Assembly (NCBI GenBank): GCA_015680685.1
Contig: MNCI01000614.1
Location: forward strand, 118,692 to 182,691
Direction: 5' to 3'
Source of the DNA: Gnetum montanum
Lineage: Eukaryota > Plantae > Gnetophyta
Length of the DNA: 64,000 nucleotides
Shown here: piece by piece, positions 25,471 through 39,243 of the stretch
Numbering within the stretch: the first letter of the stretch is position 1
Layout of the letters: each line of letters opens with the position of its first letter
The notes under the pieces: model-generated
The model's input: only the letters and a program-made list of their open reading frames with translations
The model's database searches: none
What the model was told of the DNA's origin: nothing
Position numbers and translations under genes: made by a program

Positions 25471-26884
25471 GGGTTGTGTTACTAGCCCTAAGTTTCATTG
25501 TTAACAAAAAAGTACTTAGTTTATTCTTTATGATACAGTGATTATGCTATTGACCCCAAATTTTCTTGGTTAAGTATTTAATTTAATCTTTAAAATATAA
25601 ATGTGTGAGTAGTGGTTATTCTAGTAACCTTGAATTTCCTTGAACTTAAAAAAGTATTTAATTTAATCTTTAAAATATAGCTTATATAAGATAATTACTT
25701 AAACATCCATATTAAATAAATGCTATGGTTGCATTCTTATTTTTTAAGCTTTGAAATTAGTATTGTTTTATAAAATGAATTTATTTTATAGCATTTTCAT
25801 AAAGATAGCTCTAATAAAAAATGATAAAATAAAATAAAAGTTATTTAAAAAGATGTAAAAAACGAAAAAGTCCTAACAAACTCTTTTAAATAAGATTTAT
25901 TTAAAATTATAAGTTAAACGATATTTCAATTTTGAACAACAAATGGATATAAACAAAATGCAAAGTTAATATATGCCATTTAAGAACATGCTGAAAAACA
26001 GTGAGCAAATCACATTATAATAAGAAGTCACATATACCATGTTGCTTACGGGTTAAACTAAAGGTTCAAGGATTTCAAGTTCCAGGCCTACAAAGTCGAT
26101 TTACCCAAAAGGATAAGATGAGTAAAAACATAGGAAGCTCTTTATCCAAGACATATGAAGTGTTTCCCGCTATCCACTTAGCAGCTTAGCTTGGGTATTA
26201 GCACAAGGGTCACGATGCTACGTAATGGTGGAGTGACTGTAATTTGTGCTCCAAAATTGGGGTTCTTTAGATGCCTAATTTTCCATTCTGCACTTGAATT
26301 CATCACCATTCGTTTGGAAAATACCCACAGAATTTTGAAACCACGTTCTCCTTTGTACTTTTACCTTCAGAAAAGACAGTTATCTTCATGCAAGTTGATT
26401 CAACAGTGTTTCCTCAACTGCAGTATTATTTTTATAAAACCGGATTATGGTACTTGCTAACGCAGCGGTATTCAATTTGTTCTGGGTTTTATATGGTGTG
26501 CAATTTAGGGGCTTTGAAAAGTTTGATTGCTAAGACTATTATATAGTTTCAGTTTGGTATTTAAGTTTAAATACAATTATCATATTACATTACGAGGTAA
26601 CAAATGCTTTCAAATTTCTTATTTTTTGTTCATAGACTTTGGAGTTTTATAGCAAGCTATTCCTAATCTGCCAGTGCGAATACGTTATTAATTGTTTTTT
26701 CTTTAAAATTAATTTGATACAAGTAGCTTAGTTGCATTTAAACCCTAGTCTTGCATTGTTAGGGTTTCCTGATAGCTATGGAAAATGACTTCAGATGACA
26801 TTCGATAATTCCTGTGCATTGGAAATTCCTTTTAGATGGAACTTAATAAGGAGTTTTAAACTTTATTTTTGCACCTGAAAAGGG

Positions 26885-27658
26885 GAGAAAGGGGGGTGGG
26901 AGTAGTCGTTAAGGTGAACTACAAATCACATAAAACAGAAGCCAAAAGAGCAATAAACGTTAACAGAGCCCAAGTTACAAAGTGACCCCCAAGTCAGTTG
27001 TAATCGGTAAACAAAAACAAGAGCAAATCACACTTATAGATTTTTGCTAATTAACAACCTCAAAAAATATTTTATCATTCAACATGTCAGAAGAAATTTA
27101 TATTGTTTTGAAAGCCTGCCACATGGCATTGGAGTTGGACTAACCTGGTAATGGAGCACTTCATACCGTTGTCAAATGCATTGTATCTTGTATCTAGTAT
27201 TTTGGTAGAAAGCATTTAATGTCTATTTCCAAATAAAGAAAATGATCTAAAAGAGGAGGATCTTCCAAGCTTTATGAAAGTGCTGATCAATGCAATCCTA
27301 GTTTAAAATGCAGCAAGGGAAAACTACAGATTGACCTTGATAGAAAATTTGAGGTGAATGATACTAGGTCCATATCTGTCTAGAAAGCAGGCACACCCAA
27401 AAAGCATAGATGAATGAATCATCTGTTTGGCAAATATTGCACTTAGGAAATTCAACTCCTAAGAAGCGAAAGCATTGTTCAATGGGAAGACCTTGATGAA
27501 TTGAAGACTAAAATAAGAATTGATGCTTTGGTTGAGCCTTCGAGCTCCATACCCTATGGAAAACTGTCTTTGAATGAGCATAATCCAATTGCACATTTCA
27601 TCTTTTATTTAGATTATTAAAAAAGTTTTCAGTTAAAACCAAGATTTAGTTTTAGACA

Positions 27659-27696
<38 letters not shown>

Positions 27697-28785
27697 NAAA
27701 TCATTTGTGCATTTGAAGTGCACCAAAGTTGGAAAGAACATCTTCAATATGTTTATAAATAGGGATGTCTTGTCTTTGAAAACTTTACTAAACTTTGACT
27801 TGAAGCCAAGAAAGAGTTATATACCCATTTTTAATAGAATGCAATTGGCAATAGTAGAAGATTGTGATTTGCAAATCTTTTAGTTCTATTTCAAAATTCA
27901 TCAACTAAGCAACTAGGCAATTTTTTAAGAATAGGTGTCTACCAAATATAGTGTTGCATCAAGTTTACCAATCTTAAGTGGGCAGGCTTCCATTGAAGGA
28001 AGCCTTTTAATTGATTTAAACAATACCACATTTTTTTTAAAGAGATAGGAGCCTACACGTCTATGTTTTCCTTCACTAATTATCCACTTGCTTCCGTGAG
28101 TATTTCTCCATCTTTGAGATTTACTTGAACACAAAATATTGTGACTGAGAAGGATTTTCCAAGCTTTTGTACATTCAATATAAGTGATCTTATTTAGAGG
28201 CCAAGAGGCCAAGAGAGTACTATGTTACTCAACAGAACAAAATCTGAAATTGCCTTGATCCTTGCTCAAAAGATAAGTATTCCAAGCTATTTGATGAAAA
28301 GCTTTATGGTTATCTTTATCCCCCATAAGAAATTTTTGAGAATTCAGCAAATACTTTGGGAGGATAATTTAGAAGGAGCCACAAAGAAAGAAAACAATAG
28401 GAGTAGAAAATAAAGCTATTGGACTGCCTAAGAGAGAACATATCAGGAGGAAAAAGCCATTTGATATTATAGTTGTAGGTCTATGAAGGTCTTAGAAGGA
28501 AGCTTGAATGAATAACTTGAGTTTTGTTCCAATTAATTTTGGCCCCTAAAGCTCTGCAATAAATGCCAATGCAATTCAAGGTAGCAGTAAAATTACCATG
28601 GTTCTTAATCAAAGTGAGAAAAGTATCATATGCAAATTGATTATAAAGAAGGTCCTTTCCTCCTTTAGGAAGAGTTATCCCTTTTAACCTCATAGATTCA
28701 CTATGAGCTCAAAGCATAGCTCCTAGAGCATCAGTTGCAATAATAAAAAGAGAAGGAGCTAATGGACATCCCTGCGGAATTGATC
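26885..28785 (-). mobile_element. 5'-truncated L1-type LINE (RT C-terminal part and 3' region) inserted at the 5' end of the HisRS pseudogene
   Basis: Minus-strand SIPQGCPLAPSLFI (~28745-28785), NQFAYDT (FADD-like) and YCRALGAKINWNKT (28481-28693). Confidence 0.85.
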
Positions 28786-30884
28786 TGTGAAGAACAATGA
28801 CATTTGAGAAGATCCCATTTTAAAACTTTCTTCTTTAGTGCTATCCATGAACAATCTAAATACATTTCCTTCATTTTGAGCATGTGATTCCATATGACAA
28901 GTTGGAATGGTTTATTCATGAGAACTAAAAGTATGATAACATTCACAGGCATTCCTTGTTCAATGAAACCTTGCACAGAGGAAGGAGAAAACTCAGCAAT
29001 GGAGAAGGCAGTTAGTCAATCAAGCACTTCTAATGGTGATAAAAATATTATTGATGTGAATCCACCTAAAGGAACCTGAGATTTTTTACTGGAGGATATG
29101 CAACTTCGCAATTGGCTTTTCCAAAAATCTCATTAGGTAAACAAACTGCATTTTTACCATTTTTTCATAAGAAAAATAGAGTGATCTTTGTTGTTATTGC
29201 TTCTTTGAATCAAGGTTTCCAGATTATTTGTGTTTGAGGAAGTTGATTACCCTATTTTGGAATCTGAAGAACTTTAGGTAAGAAAAGGTGGTGAAGAAAT
29301 AACAGAACAGGTAATGGGCTGTTTCCATTTTACCATATACCGCTATAAGTGTCTTAAGCATTATATAGGCTTTGTGAGTTAGTGTCACAATTTCTTTTAA
29401 TAATGTTTGAAAATAACAGCAGCTCATTGAACATGTTTACAATGGAAAGAGCAATGGAGTTGTTAATACTGTTAATTTAGCTTCTGATTTCTGTTGTTTA
29501 ACTAGATTTTAGTTTTTTATATAACACAGAGTCCTTGTTTTACATTATTTTAAACTACCCATAAAATTTTTTGGAGTTTTTTGGCAACTTGTGAAATACT
29601 ATTAATGAGTAATTAACTTTTAATACTTCATAAGTTGGGATTCCGTTATGCTTTCTAAAACTTTTTTCCTGGATGAAGGGGCCAGATATTTTTACCTTGC
29701 AACTTAGTAATTAATGGGATATATATATTTTAACTTGTTTGATCGCCTATTTATTGTGGCCGGTTTGAAAAATGGTTGTCTATTTTGATAAGTCATAAGA
29801 AAACATTTAGCTATTTTGTTAAGCCAAGTTATGTTGATTCCTTCCACTGGATAATCACATATAATAAGAACGAATTATAATATGTTAATCCGTGTACAAT
29901 TGATTTATTTAATGATTTAAATTTTTGAACTAAATATTTTTAATGATGTTTTAAAAGAATGTGTGTTTCCTCTTATCATTTCTTTTTTAAAAATTGTGAT
30001 CTCTAATGTAGCTTTATAATTTTGAAGACAAATGCAATTGTCAAGTTGCATTGAGACCAGAATTAACATCATCATTAGCTCAAGTGGTCATGCAAAAGGG
30101 GTTAGCAAGTTTAAAAATTTACATGCATATCAAAAAACTTGAATATGACTTTTTTAAAACTGTTGTAGAGAATTGGAATTTTTAAATTTAAGGATCATTA
30201 CAAGTTATTTCTCTTCTTAGGAAAGCTTTGTCTCTCCCATTAAGTGGTTTTCAAAAGGGCAATGTTGGTGTTATGAGAGAATGTCAAGAGGTCGCCGTCG
30301 AGAACATTACCAATGGAATATGGATATAATGGGGATTTCAGGCATAGAGGTAAGAGTTTGAATGTTCATTATTAATGCTTTAACTCATAAGTCATATAAT
30401 GTTGAATTTTCTGGTTTGCAAGAATTTATAAGGTTTTTGATTGCCAATGAGGTGATAGCTAAATTGGTAAGTTCAGTGGTGCTATTAAGAAAAGAAAAAA
30501 AAAAACCAAGTTATGGGTTCAAATTCTTTTTGAGGCAAATTTGGTAAGTTCAGTAGTTTGTAAGAAAATAAGTTGCAAGTTCAAATTTTGTTCGAGGGAA
30601 ATCTATGTACAAATCAATTGGCTATATTCTTAGGAGTTCATGTAGCTAATGGTTTTTCTTCAAGATACCTTTTTTCTTTTTTTGTTTTGAGCATCGACAT
30701 TTGTATGAGGTTTGTGGGATCAAACCTATGATTTCCCATTGAACATGTAGGGGTTTTACTACTAAACCATTACATGCTCATCTTGTTCAACGCACCTTAA
30801 CTATTTGTATTGAGAAATATAACACTTTTGTAAAAAAATAGTTGAAACTATATTTTTCTTTATAGATTTAATAAGATTCCAAAT

Positions 30885-31452
30885 ATCATCATCATCTTAG
30901 CCTTGTCCCAACAATATAAGGGGCTACATGAGTTTTCTCTTGCCATTCACCTTTATCAAAAGTTGAAGTTTGATCTATTTGGAATATTTTCATATATGCT
31001 TTAATTGTTTCTTCCTATGTCTTTTTTACTCTTCCTCTAAGTAGTTTCCTGGAACTATGATATGACAACCTTTTTTAGGAAGTGCATTGCTTGATCCTCA
31101 TTGAACAAGGTTAAACCATATAAGACACCATTCTTACAACTTATCTACAATAGAAGCCACTACTAGTCTTCTTCTAATATGTATTGTGAAATTTTTCTCA
31201 TTCTGTAATATTCAGTATATATTTAAGCATTTGTATTTCTGTCACATTGATTTATGGCTCATTCTAGTTTTCATAATCGAACATTCAACATTATATACAA
31301 AATAGAGACTTAATTATTGTTCTATAAAAGTTATATTTTAGTTTTATCAGGATTCTTTTATCACATAAAACATCACTAGTATGTCTCCATATTGACTATT
31401 TTGCCTTAATCCTATTTTTTGTAACTTTATTAATTTTACCATTTGATTGGAA
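30885..31452 (-). mobile_element. RTE-clade LINE 3' fragment
   Basis: (CAT)n tail followed by TAGCCTTGTCCCA..GGCTACATGA, typical of plant RTE ends. Minus-strand QSNG.I...NRIKA, FYRTII, EIQMLK and WFN-V remnants. Confidence 0.75.
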
Positions 31453-33318
31453 CTTTTTTTTTGAGTAAATTTTGGGTAATGTATTAAAAATCTATGGTAA
31501 ACTTACAAGAGTAGAGGGGAGAAACCACTCCCCAAAGATAGTGACCTACGCCCAAAAATTGGGGTAAGGAACCCCTAACCCCAACATTCCCAACAACACA
31601 ACACCTAAAAAAACTAGAAAAACAAGCACAAAGTCAAGGGGCCCCACTTGTGACCCCATTGCCATCAAAGGAACACCCTCCAACCAAGACTAGCAATGAA
31701 GGCTATGCCCCCTAGACCAAAACAATAAGAAAAAAAAATCAACACAACATGTCTAGTCATTCGAGCAAGACCAAACCCAAAAAGTGAAAGGAAAAAGCAA
31801 CACGTCCCTCAAATGTGCCACAACCTCTGTATCAATGAAAGCTGCGAATGGATGAGGTCAAGCATTGCCTGATGTGCCTTGGTATCAACGAAAGTTGTAG
31901 CTTGCTAGAAATTCTTGAATGCCTCAACCTTTCGTGCCTTGGCTGCAACATCCCCTTTGCCATTAGGGTGCGGTTTCATGGAAGATCACCAAATGAACCT
32001 CCTGAGCACTTGCTAAGAAGAGTGTCGATTGATGTTCATCCTAACATAGGGGCATTTCCCCTCTCATAGCCAAGTTGTAGCATTATGCTCATGCACATGG
32101 TCTAGTTGTTATAGTTGTTCATTCTCCATGCACTCGTTCTCCCATTGCATCTCATCCTTCTACTCATGTGCTTTTCTATCAAGCTCCTCCTGCTGGATTT
32201 CCACTTTATGCTCCCTGCAGAGCTCTTCCTCAAAAGCAACCCTAGCAACCACATCTTCCATTTCCTTTTGTCACTGAAGCTTCTTAACCATTTTTTGATG
32301 ATGAAATTCCATCTATTGCAATTGCCTCCAGAAAGCCTCCTCCCTTGCTAGCCACTTAGCTTCTCAGATCCTCTACTCCTCAATGCATGCCTTGAGGGTA
32401 GCCTCCTCCATAGCAGTCTCGACTATCTGTTGTTGGGTCTCTTGTTCCCACTGTTCGTTAGAGCCTACCCCCAAGGCAACCTTTTGTATGGGCTCATTAG
32501 TAATCTGTTGTTGGTTCTCTTGGTTTTATCTATCGGAAGAGGTAACCCGCCTAGAGGTAGGAATCTTTCTTAGTGGCCCAACCTACCATTGCTCCTACCT
32601 TGATAGAACCAAAAATGAATTATCTTGACCTTTAGATGTCTTCTCCACTCATTGTCGAACATAAACCAAGTTATAGGACCTAACAAGCACCCACAGTGTA
32701 GGTGCCAACATGGCTACCCTCCATAGGGCAAGAATAAGCCCCAAGTGCCTCACCGGCCTCCTATGTTGCAGGGATGCCAAAAATAACTTAGGGATGTTGA
32801 CCATCTATCTTATACATAGACATCTAAGAAATGAGAAGTGCACCCCTGCAACTTCCACATGTTCCCTGACTACACAAAAATTATCTCAATCAACTCAATG
32901 ACATTATGCTAAAATAGAGATAGTGTAGACTTGGGTACCTACCCACTCACAGTCCATGGCCTAGGCCTAGGGAAGAAAGCCTCTATGTCCTGGAGGCCTC
33001 TTCTTATGGGCAAAATGACCTCCTTGCTAACTTGTGCCAATGCCTCCTTAGTGAGATTAATCCTAACACTGTGGAACATAGTAGACTCCATGTGCCAATT
33101 TGTGAAAAATGCACCATTCACTAAGTTAGGATCTCCCACCACTAGTGGGAGGAAGTTGGCCCATCCCACGTCCATAACAAGGTCCCACAGCTCAGGCATC
33201 CCTTGAAACGTGGCACAGGAAGGTTTGTAGGTTGGCGTAGTGCCCATGCTGATAGTTGTCTCCCTCCATAACCTCACACCCTTAGTAGCCACCTACGTAG
33301 GCAACAACAAAGGCACCT
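31453..33318 (-). mobile_element. Intronless, poly(A)-ended, 5'-truncated copy of a retrotransposon accessory gene (plant-mobile-domain-like N-terminus plus coiled coil)
   Basis: ORF 32939-33292 (VGWANFL..DPNLV..FFTNW..VRINLTKEALAQV). An E/K/Q-rich coiled-coil frame at ~32100-32400 and a T9 tract at 31454-31462. Confidence 0.5.
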
Positions 33319-33332
33319 GCCTAAATATTAAA

Positions 33333-36300
33333 TGTAGTTATTTAGAAAAGTAGAGAAGCTGAATTTTTATTCCTTGATTTTTGAGTGTTATAATGAGCCC
33401 TTTTTATACATGAACATGGATACTATTTTTAGAAGGAATAATCAGAAATCCCTGATTATGGGGAAAAACAAATCACCATAAAATCAAGAACCATAAAATC
33501 AGGAAATTTGCCAAAAAAATTTGGATTTGGGATGACAACAAGTCCCATTAAATTAGAAAACTACCAATAAGAATTATAGTTGTAAACAATCCTTAAAATT
33601 GATCTAGATTTCCACATCTTTTTAAGTTGGGCTATAGATGTTGAGAAGACCAAAGCTTGGATGGAAGTTCTCTAAAGGTAGTTCTGGGAAGACCCTTGGT
33701 TAGGATGTTAGTTGTTTAATTTGTGATAGGAACATAATCAATTGAGATCATCCCCTCTTCTATGTTTTCTTTGATGAAGTGCCTATCTATCTCCACATGT
33801 TTTGTTTGATCATGATGTATTGGGTTGTTGGCTATGCTAATAGTTGCTTCATTGTCGTACAATAATATGATGGAATCTGTAATTTGGATTTTAAGCTCAT
33901 GAAATAGTCTCTTCAGCCATATTCCTTCACATATCCCTTGCGCCATAGCAATGAATTCTACCTCAGTGCTACTACAGGCTACTATAGATTGTTTCTTACT
34001 CCTCCAGGTGATGAGATTTCCAAAGACAAAGGTACAACATCTTGATGTTGATCTTCTATCAGTCTTGGAGCCTACCCAATCAACATCTGTAAATATCTTG
34101 ATATCTTTGGTTTATGTCTTCTTGAAGTAGAGACCTTCACCAAGGGTACCTTTTAGATGCCTTAGAATTTAGAACACTTTGCTCATGTGTTCTTTAGTTG
34201 GGTTGTTCATGAATTGACTAACAATACTAATTGAGAAAGAAATATTAGGTTTGGTATGAGAAAGATAAAGAAGTTTCCCAAAAAGCCTCTAATACCTCCC
34301 CTTATCCACTAGTGGACTTTTCTCATCTGAATTTGACTTGCTATCTATTGGAGTGTTAGTTGGTTTACATACAAGCATTCCAGTTTCTTTGAGTAAGTTT
34401 AGGACATATTTACGTTGTGAGACTAAAATTCCCTTTTTTAATCTTCCTATTTCCATTCCAAGGAAATATTTGAAATTTCCCAAGTTCTTTATCTGAAATT
34501 CTTTAGCAAGGAAGTTCTTTAGGGTGGCTATTTCTCTTTCATCATTCCTAGTCAAGATGATATCATCAACATAGACAATAATGATAGATGTTCTACCTTT
34601 AGAAGAGTGCTTGACAAACATAGTATGATCCGTTTGGCATTGTGAATAGACATGTCTCTTTATAGTCTTTGCAAATCGATCAAACCATGCACATGGAAAT
34701 TGTTTAAGCCCATAAAGAGATTTCTTCAGTTTGCATACTTTGTTGACATTTTCTACAGACTTAATACTTGGTGGAATGTCCATGTAAACTTCCTCTTCAA
34801 GATATCTATTCAAGAATGCATTTTTAATGTCCAATTGGTGTAGAGGCTAATCAAGATTAGCTGCAAGGGAAAGAAGGACTCAGATGGTATTTAACTTGGC
34901 AACTGGTGCGAAAGTTTCCAGGTAATCAATTCCATAAGATTGTGTAAAGCCCTTGGCCACAAGATGAGCTTTGTATCTATGAATACATCCATGTGCCTTG
35001 TATTTAATCATGAAGATCCATTTACATCTAATAGTATTTTTTCCTTTTGGTAGCTCAACTAAATCCCATGTTTCATTCTTCATCAAAGCATTGATTTTAT
35101 CATCCACTGTTGATTTTCACTTTGGTCTTTGAAAAGTCTCTTGAATATTATTGAGAATTTGAATATTTGTAAGGCTAATAGTAAATGCATGATATCTAGG
35201 TGATAACTTATTGTAAGAAACAAAGTTCTGTATTGGGTGTTTTGTACATGACCTTACCCCTTTCCTCAATGTAATTGGTAAATCCAAAAGTTCATTAGAA
35301 TTAGGAATTGAATTAGTGTTACCTAGATATGAGTCATTTTGGATTGAATCTAACACATTTTCATGAACAATGCTTGCGTAGAATTGTTCTTCCATATCAT
35401 TTTGAGTTGGTTTTCTTCTTGAGTACACAATGAGTTCTTGTTTATAGTCTCATGAGGAGGACCTAGTAGTGAACTGAGATTTGGGCTCGAGTTGGATTAA
35501 GTGAGTGTCTTGATAGAAGAAGGATTTGGTTTTGGATCCCAAAAAAGATATTCCTAATTTTCACTCCCCTTGAATGTTGGTTTTGGGATAATAAGGTTGT
35601 GTTTCCATGAATGTGACATTCATTAAGTGGTAAAATCATTTTGTACTAGGACAGTAGCACTTATTCTACCCCTTTTGATTTGGTGAATATCCTAGGAAGA
35701 CACATTTGGTGGCTTTGGAATCAAGTTTGCTATGAAATTGTTAGGGAATATGAACAAAAACCATACAACCAAATACTTTGAGAGGGATTGATAAGATGAT
35801 TTGGGTTGTTGGAAAAGCTTTCAGAAGGACTTGATAAGGATTCTAGAATTTAAGAACTTGTGATAGAATTCAATTAATGAGATATGCAACAGTAAGAATT
35901 ACTTCTCCCCAAAAGTAATTTGGAACTTGAGAGAAAAGTAAGAGGGCCTAGGCAACTTCCAATAAATGCCTATTTTTCCTTTTAGCTATCCCATTTTGTT
36001 GTGGGGTATCGATACAAGAGTTCTAATGGACAATTCCCTCTTTAGATAGAAAATCCCCAAGAACAGAGTTGAAATATTCTTTTGCAGTGTCGGTTCTCAA
36101 GATTTGGATTTTTGTTTTAAATTTTTTGAATCATGTTCATGAAATTTTTAAAGATTTGGTTGACTTCAGATTTTTCTTTTATTAGAAATATCCAAGTGAG
36201 TCTTATATGATCATCAACAAAGGATATAAACCATCTTGCCCCTGTCACATTTTTTATTTTTGATGGATTGCAAACATCACTATGAACCATAGGAAAAGGA

Positions 36301-38421
36301 TGAGATGCTTTGTATGGTTGTATTCGATAAGAGTTACGAACATGTTTTAAAAGCTAACAAATTTCACAATGAAGAACATTTGAATTTTTATTGAATAATG
36401 ATGGAAAGAGTCTTTTGAGATACAAAAAAATAGGGTGAGCTAGTCTATAATGCCATAGTATAATTTCATTTTCCCTATTTGACTTAAATATAGAAAAAGA
36501 TTGTTTCTCACTAACGGTATGTGAAGATTGTCTCTCAAGTTGGTTGCCTTCTATGAATATATAGAATCCTGCACACACCTCATCACTGCCAATCATCTAT
36601 CCCAAAGTCAAATCCTAAAAAACACAATGATTGGGAAGAAATTTAGTAACACAATTCATATTCTGAGTGAGTTTACTAATGGATAACAAATTGCAAGTCA
36701 GGTTAGGGAAAGGAGAATGGATTTGAGGGTTAAACCCCTAGCTAATACAATAGAACCTATACCAGACACCTTAGATAGAGAACATTGTTAATACAGATAA
36801 TATGGTTCTTAGTGCATGGTGTGTAGTCTTGAAGAATTGCAGAATCTTTAGTCATGTGATTTGATGCTCTAGAGTCAACAATCCAAGTGCTTAACTTATT
36901 ACCCTTGTGAACTTTTATAGTAAGAAAGTTACCTTTTTGAGCCACTGAATCAATCCCTATGACTGGATTAGAAGTGTCAGGCATTTGTTGAGTGAACAAC
37001 TTTTGTAGTACTTCCATTTGTTCCTTACTGAAGGGATGTCCTAATGATTTCAAAGGAAAGGGAGGTCTTTCTTCTGTTGCTACACTATTACCCTTGCTTT
37101 CTTTCTTAGATTGGGAGCATGACGGTTTCTAGTTACATGTTTCCCATGGATTTACCAGCATCTCTAGTATGACCAGACTTTTCACAATGATTGCACTAGG
37201 GCCATCCTTTCTTCGTTTGGGAACTAGAAACTTGTGCTGCTAAAGTTGAATCTTTATTAGTTGGATGGTTTGGACGAAGCATAACTTTCTTCCTGCGTTC
37301 TTCTCATCATACTTTAGAGGCAACCTCACGGAGACTTGGTAGTGATTTGATTGCTAAAATGAACCCATGAACTTCGTCTAGGTTTTTGTTTAAACCTAGA
37401 AGAAACTTGTAGATTTGTTTCTTTTTAAAAATATTTTTATACTTGTTGGCATCATTTGGACAGTTCCATTTTGTGGTTTCAAATAGATCTAATTATTGCC
37501 AATATCAATTTAATTGACTGAAATATTGAGTCATAGACAAGTCTCCTTGGCATAAGTCATGAAGAATCCCTCCTATCTTAAACACCTTCGCAGTGTCTTC
37601 TTTATCAGAGTAGGTTTCTCTTGTAGACTTCCAAATCTCTTAGGCTATTTCATAGAGCATGAAATATTCTCTAATGTCATTTGTCATCGAGTTGATTAAC
37701 CAAGACATAACCATGTTATTTTCAACCTTTCATCTTTGGTACTTCGGGTCTTCCTTTGCTGGTTGAGTAGCTACTCTAGTGAGATAGTCATCTTTGCCCT
37801 TGCTACACATGAACATCATAACTAAATGGGATCGTAGAAGATAATTTTGTCCATTCAGCTTGTGATCCATGATGAGAATAGTAGAATTTTCTAAACCACT
37901 AGTAGTTCTTAGAATTGTGTTGCTATTAGGAGCAAAGGTGACATCGGACGCTGTTGTGGATGTAGCCATGAGGATGGAAAAGGATATAACAAGGAGAGAG
38001 ATGAACCACTATGACAAGAGAATGAGAGCCAACATTTGCTTTCACTAGAAGAGAGAGGAAAAGAAAATTCAACATCGTTGGTGATGAGCACAAGTCTAAT
38101 GTTATTGGTGAGAAGGAAAAATTCATTTCAGATAGAATTGCTCAGGAAATGCTCTAATACCATGTAGTTATTTAGAAAAGTAGAGAAATTGAATTTTTAT
38201 TCTTTGATTTTTGAGTGTTGCAATGAGCCCTTTTTATACATGAATATGGACACTATTTTTAGAAGGAATAATCAAAAATCCCTAATTATGGGGAAAACAA
38301 ATCACCATAAAATTAGAAACAAAAGTTGGATTTGGGATGACAACAAATCCCATAAAATTAGGGAACTACAAAAGGAATTATAGCTATAAACAACCCTTAA
38401 AAATTGATCTATATTTCCACA
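33333..38421 (-). mobile_element. Structurally complete but pseudogenised Ty1/copia element (Ale-like, short LTRs)
   Basis: LTRs 33333-33616 and 38163-38421 (TG..CA). PBS TGGTATTAGAGC (iMet type) at 38151-38162. TSD TTAAA/TTAAT. Gag HKLNGQNYL, PR WIVDSRAS, GAG-pre-integrase LWHYRLAHP, RT YVDD, RNase H TKHVEIDRHF. Confidence 0.95.
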
Positions 38422-38426
38422 TTAAT

Positions 38427-39243
38427 CATACTTATGAAGATCATATTAGATTATAGATTATTTTTTTATTCCTAAGATTTCAAATCATGGATCACAATTT
38501 GGAATCACATGAAATTATGATATTAAAAAACATTAGAAAATATTGACTTTTCAATCATTTTCAAAAGCATATGTAATTAAGAAGACAAAAAATTGAAAAT
38601 CCATCAAAAAATATATTTAACTTCAAAATAGAAAATTTTAAACATAGTCATATAACAAAATTGCATCAAGTATTCACCCTTAACTAAAACAAATGAACTG
38701 AAGAATGTTTAAAATGAGTTGCTAAAGTGATTCAAAATGAGTTGAAGAATGCATTACTGAGTTCCTTAAGAATACACTGCAAAGTTCACTGGGAATGCAT
38801 TGTGCTCCAAATGCATTATTCCTTGCAAAGGAATGTGTACTTAAAGTGTTAAAAACCTTGGAAATTTTTGATGACACATATCCAAAATATTTTATGTTCA
38901 TTCTTTCTACTTTTGTAGCTATATTATGTCTTGAGTTTTATTATTCAGATGGTGTTTTGATGTTAAAAGAAATGTTTAATATTAAAAAGTGTTCAATTTT
39001 AATGGACATTTTTAAATATGTTATCTTTCTAAAGTTTTATTTTAGTTTTTTAAATTAACAAATTTGACACTCTAGAATCATTAGGAATTGCTATTCTTGG
39101 ATCACACTCTAGGATCATGATTTTGAATTTGACATCACAATTTTGAAATGGATCACTATCCATAACTGATTTGGATTGCAATTGTTTAGATTGTAATCTA
39201 GAATTGCCTAGATTGTGATCCTGATCTAATCTTTATAAGTATT
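38427..39243. mobile_element. Possible hAT-type MITE
   Basis: Imperfect terminal inverted repeats CATACTTATGAAGAT / ATCTTTATAAGTATT, with clustered subterminal GATC(A/G)/GATTG motifs at both ends. TSD not convincing. Confidence 0.4.

Noticed and set aside
27660-27700. Poly(A) tail of an independent insertion
   Set aside because: Contains an N, lies inside the L1 body and has no identifiable TSD. It may be a homopolymer expansion or assembly artefact.
29041-30349. Functional HisRS rescued by U-to-C RNA editing of stop codons
   Set aside because: This is a nuclear spliceosomal gene. G>A changes, a non-C/T stop, a frameshift and a broken splice site cannot be repaired by editing, and the pattern fits methyl-C deamination.
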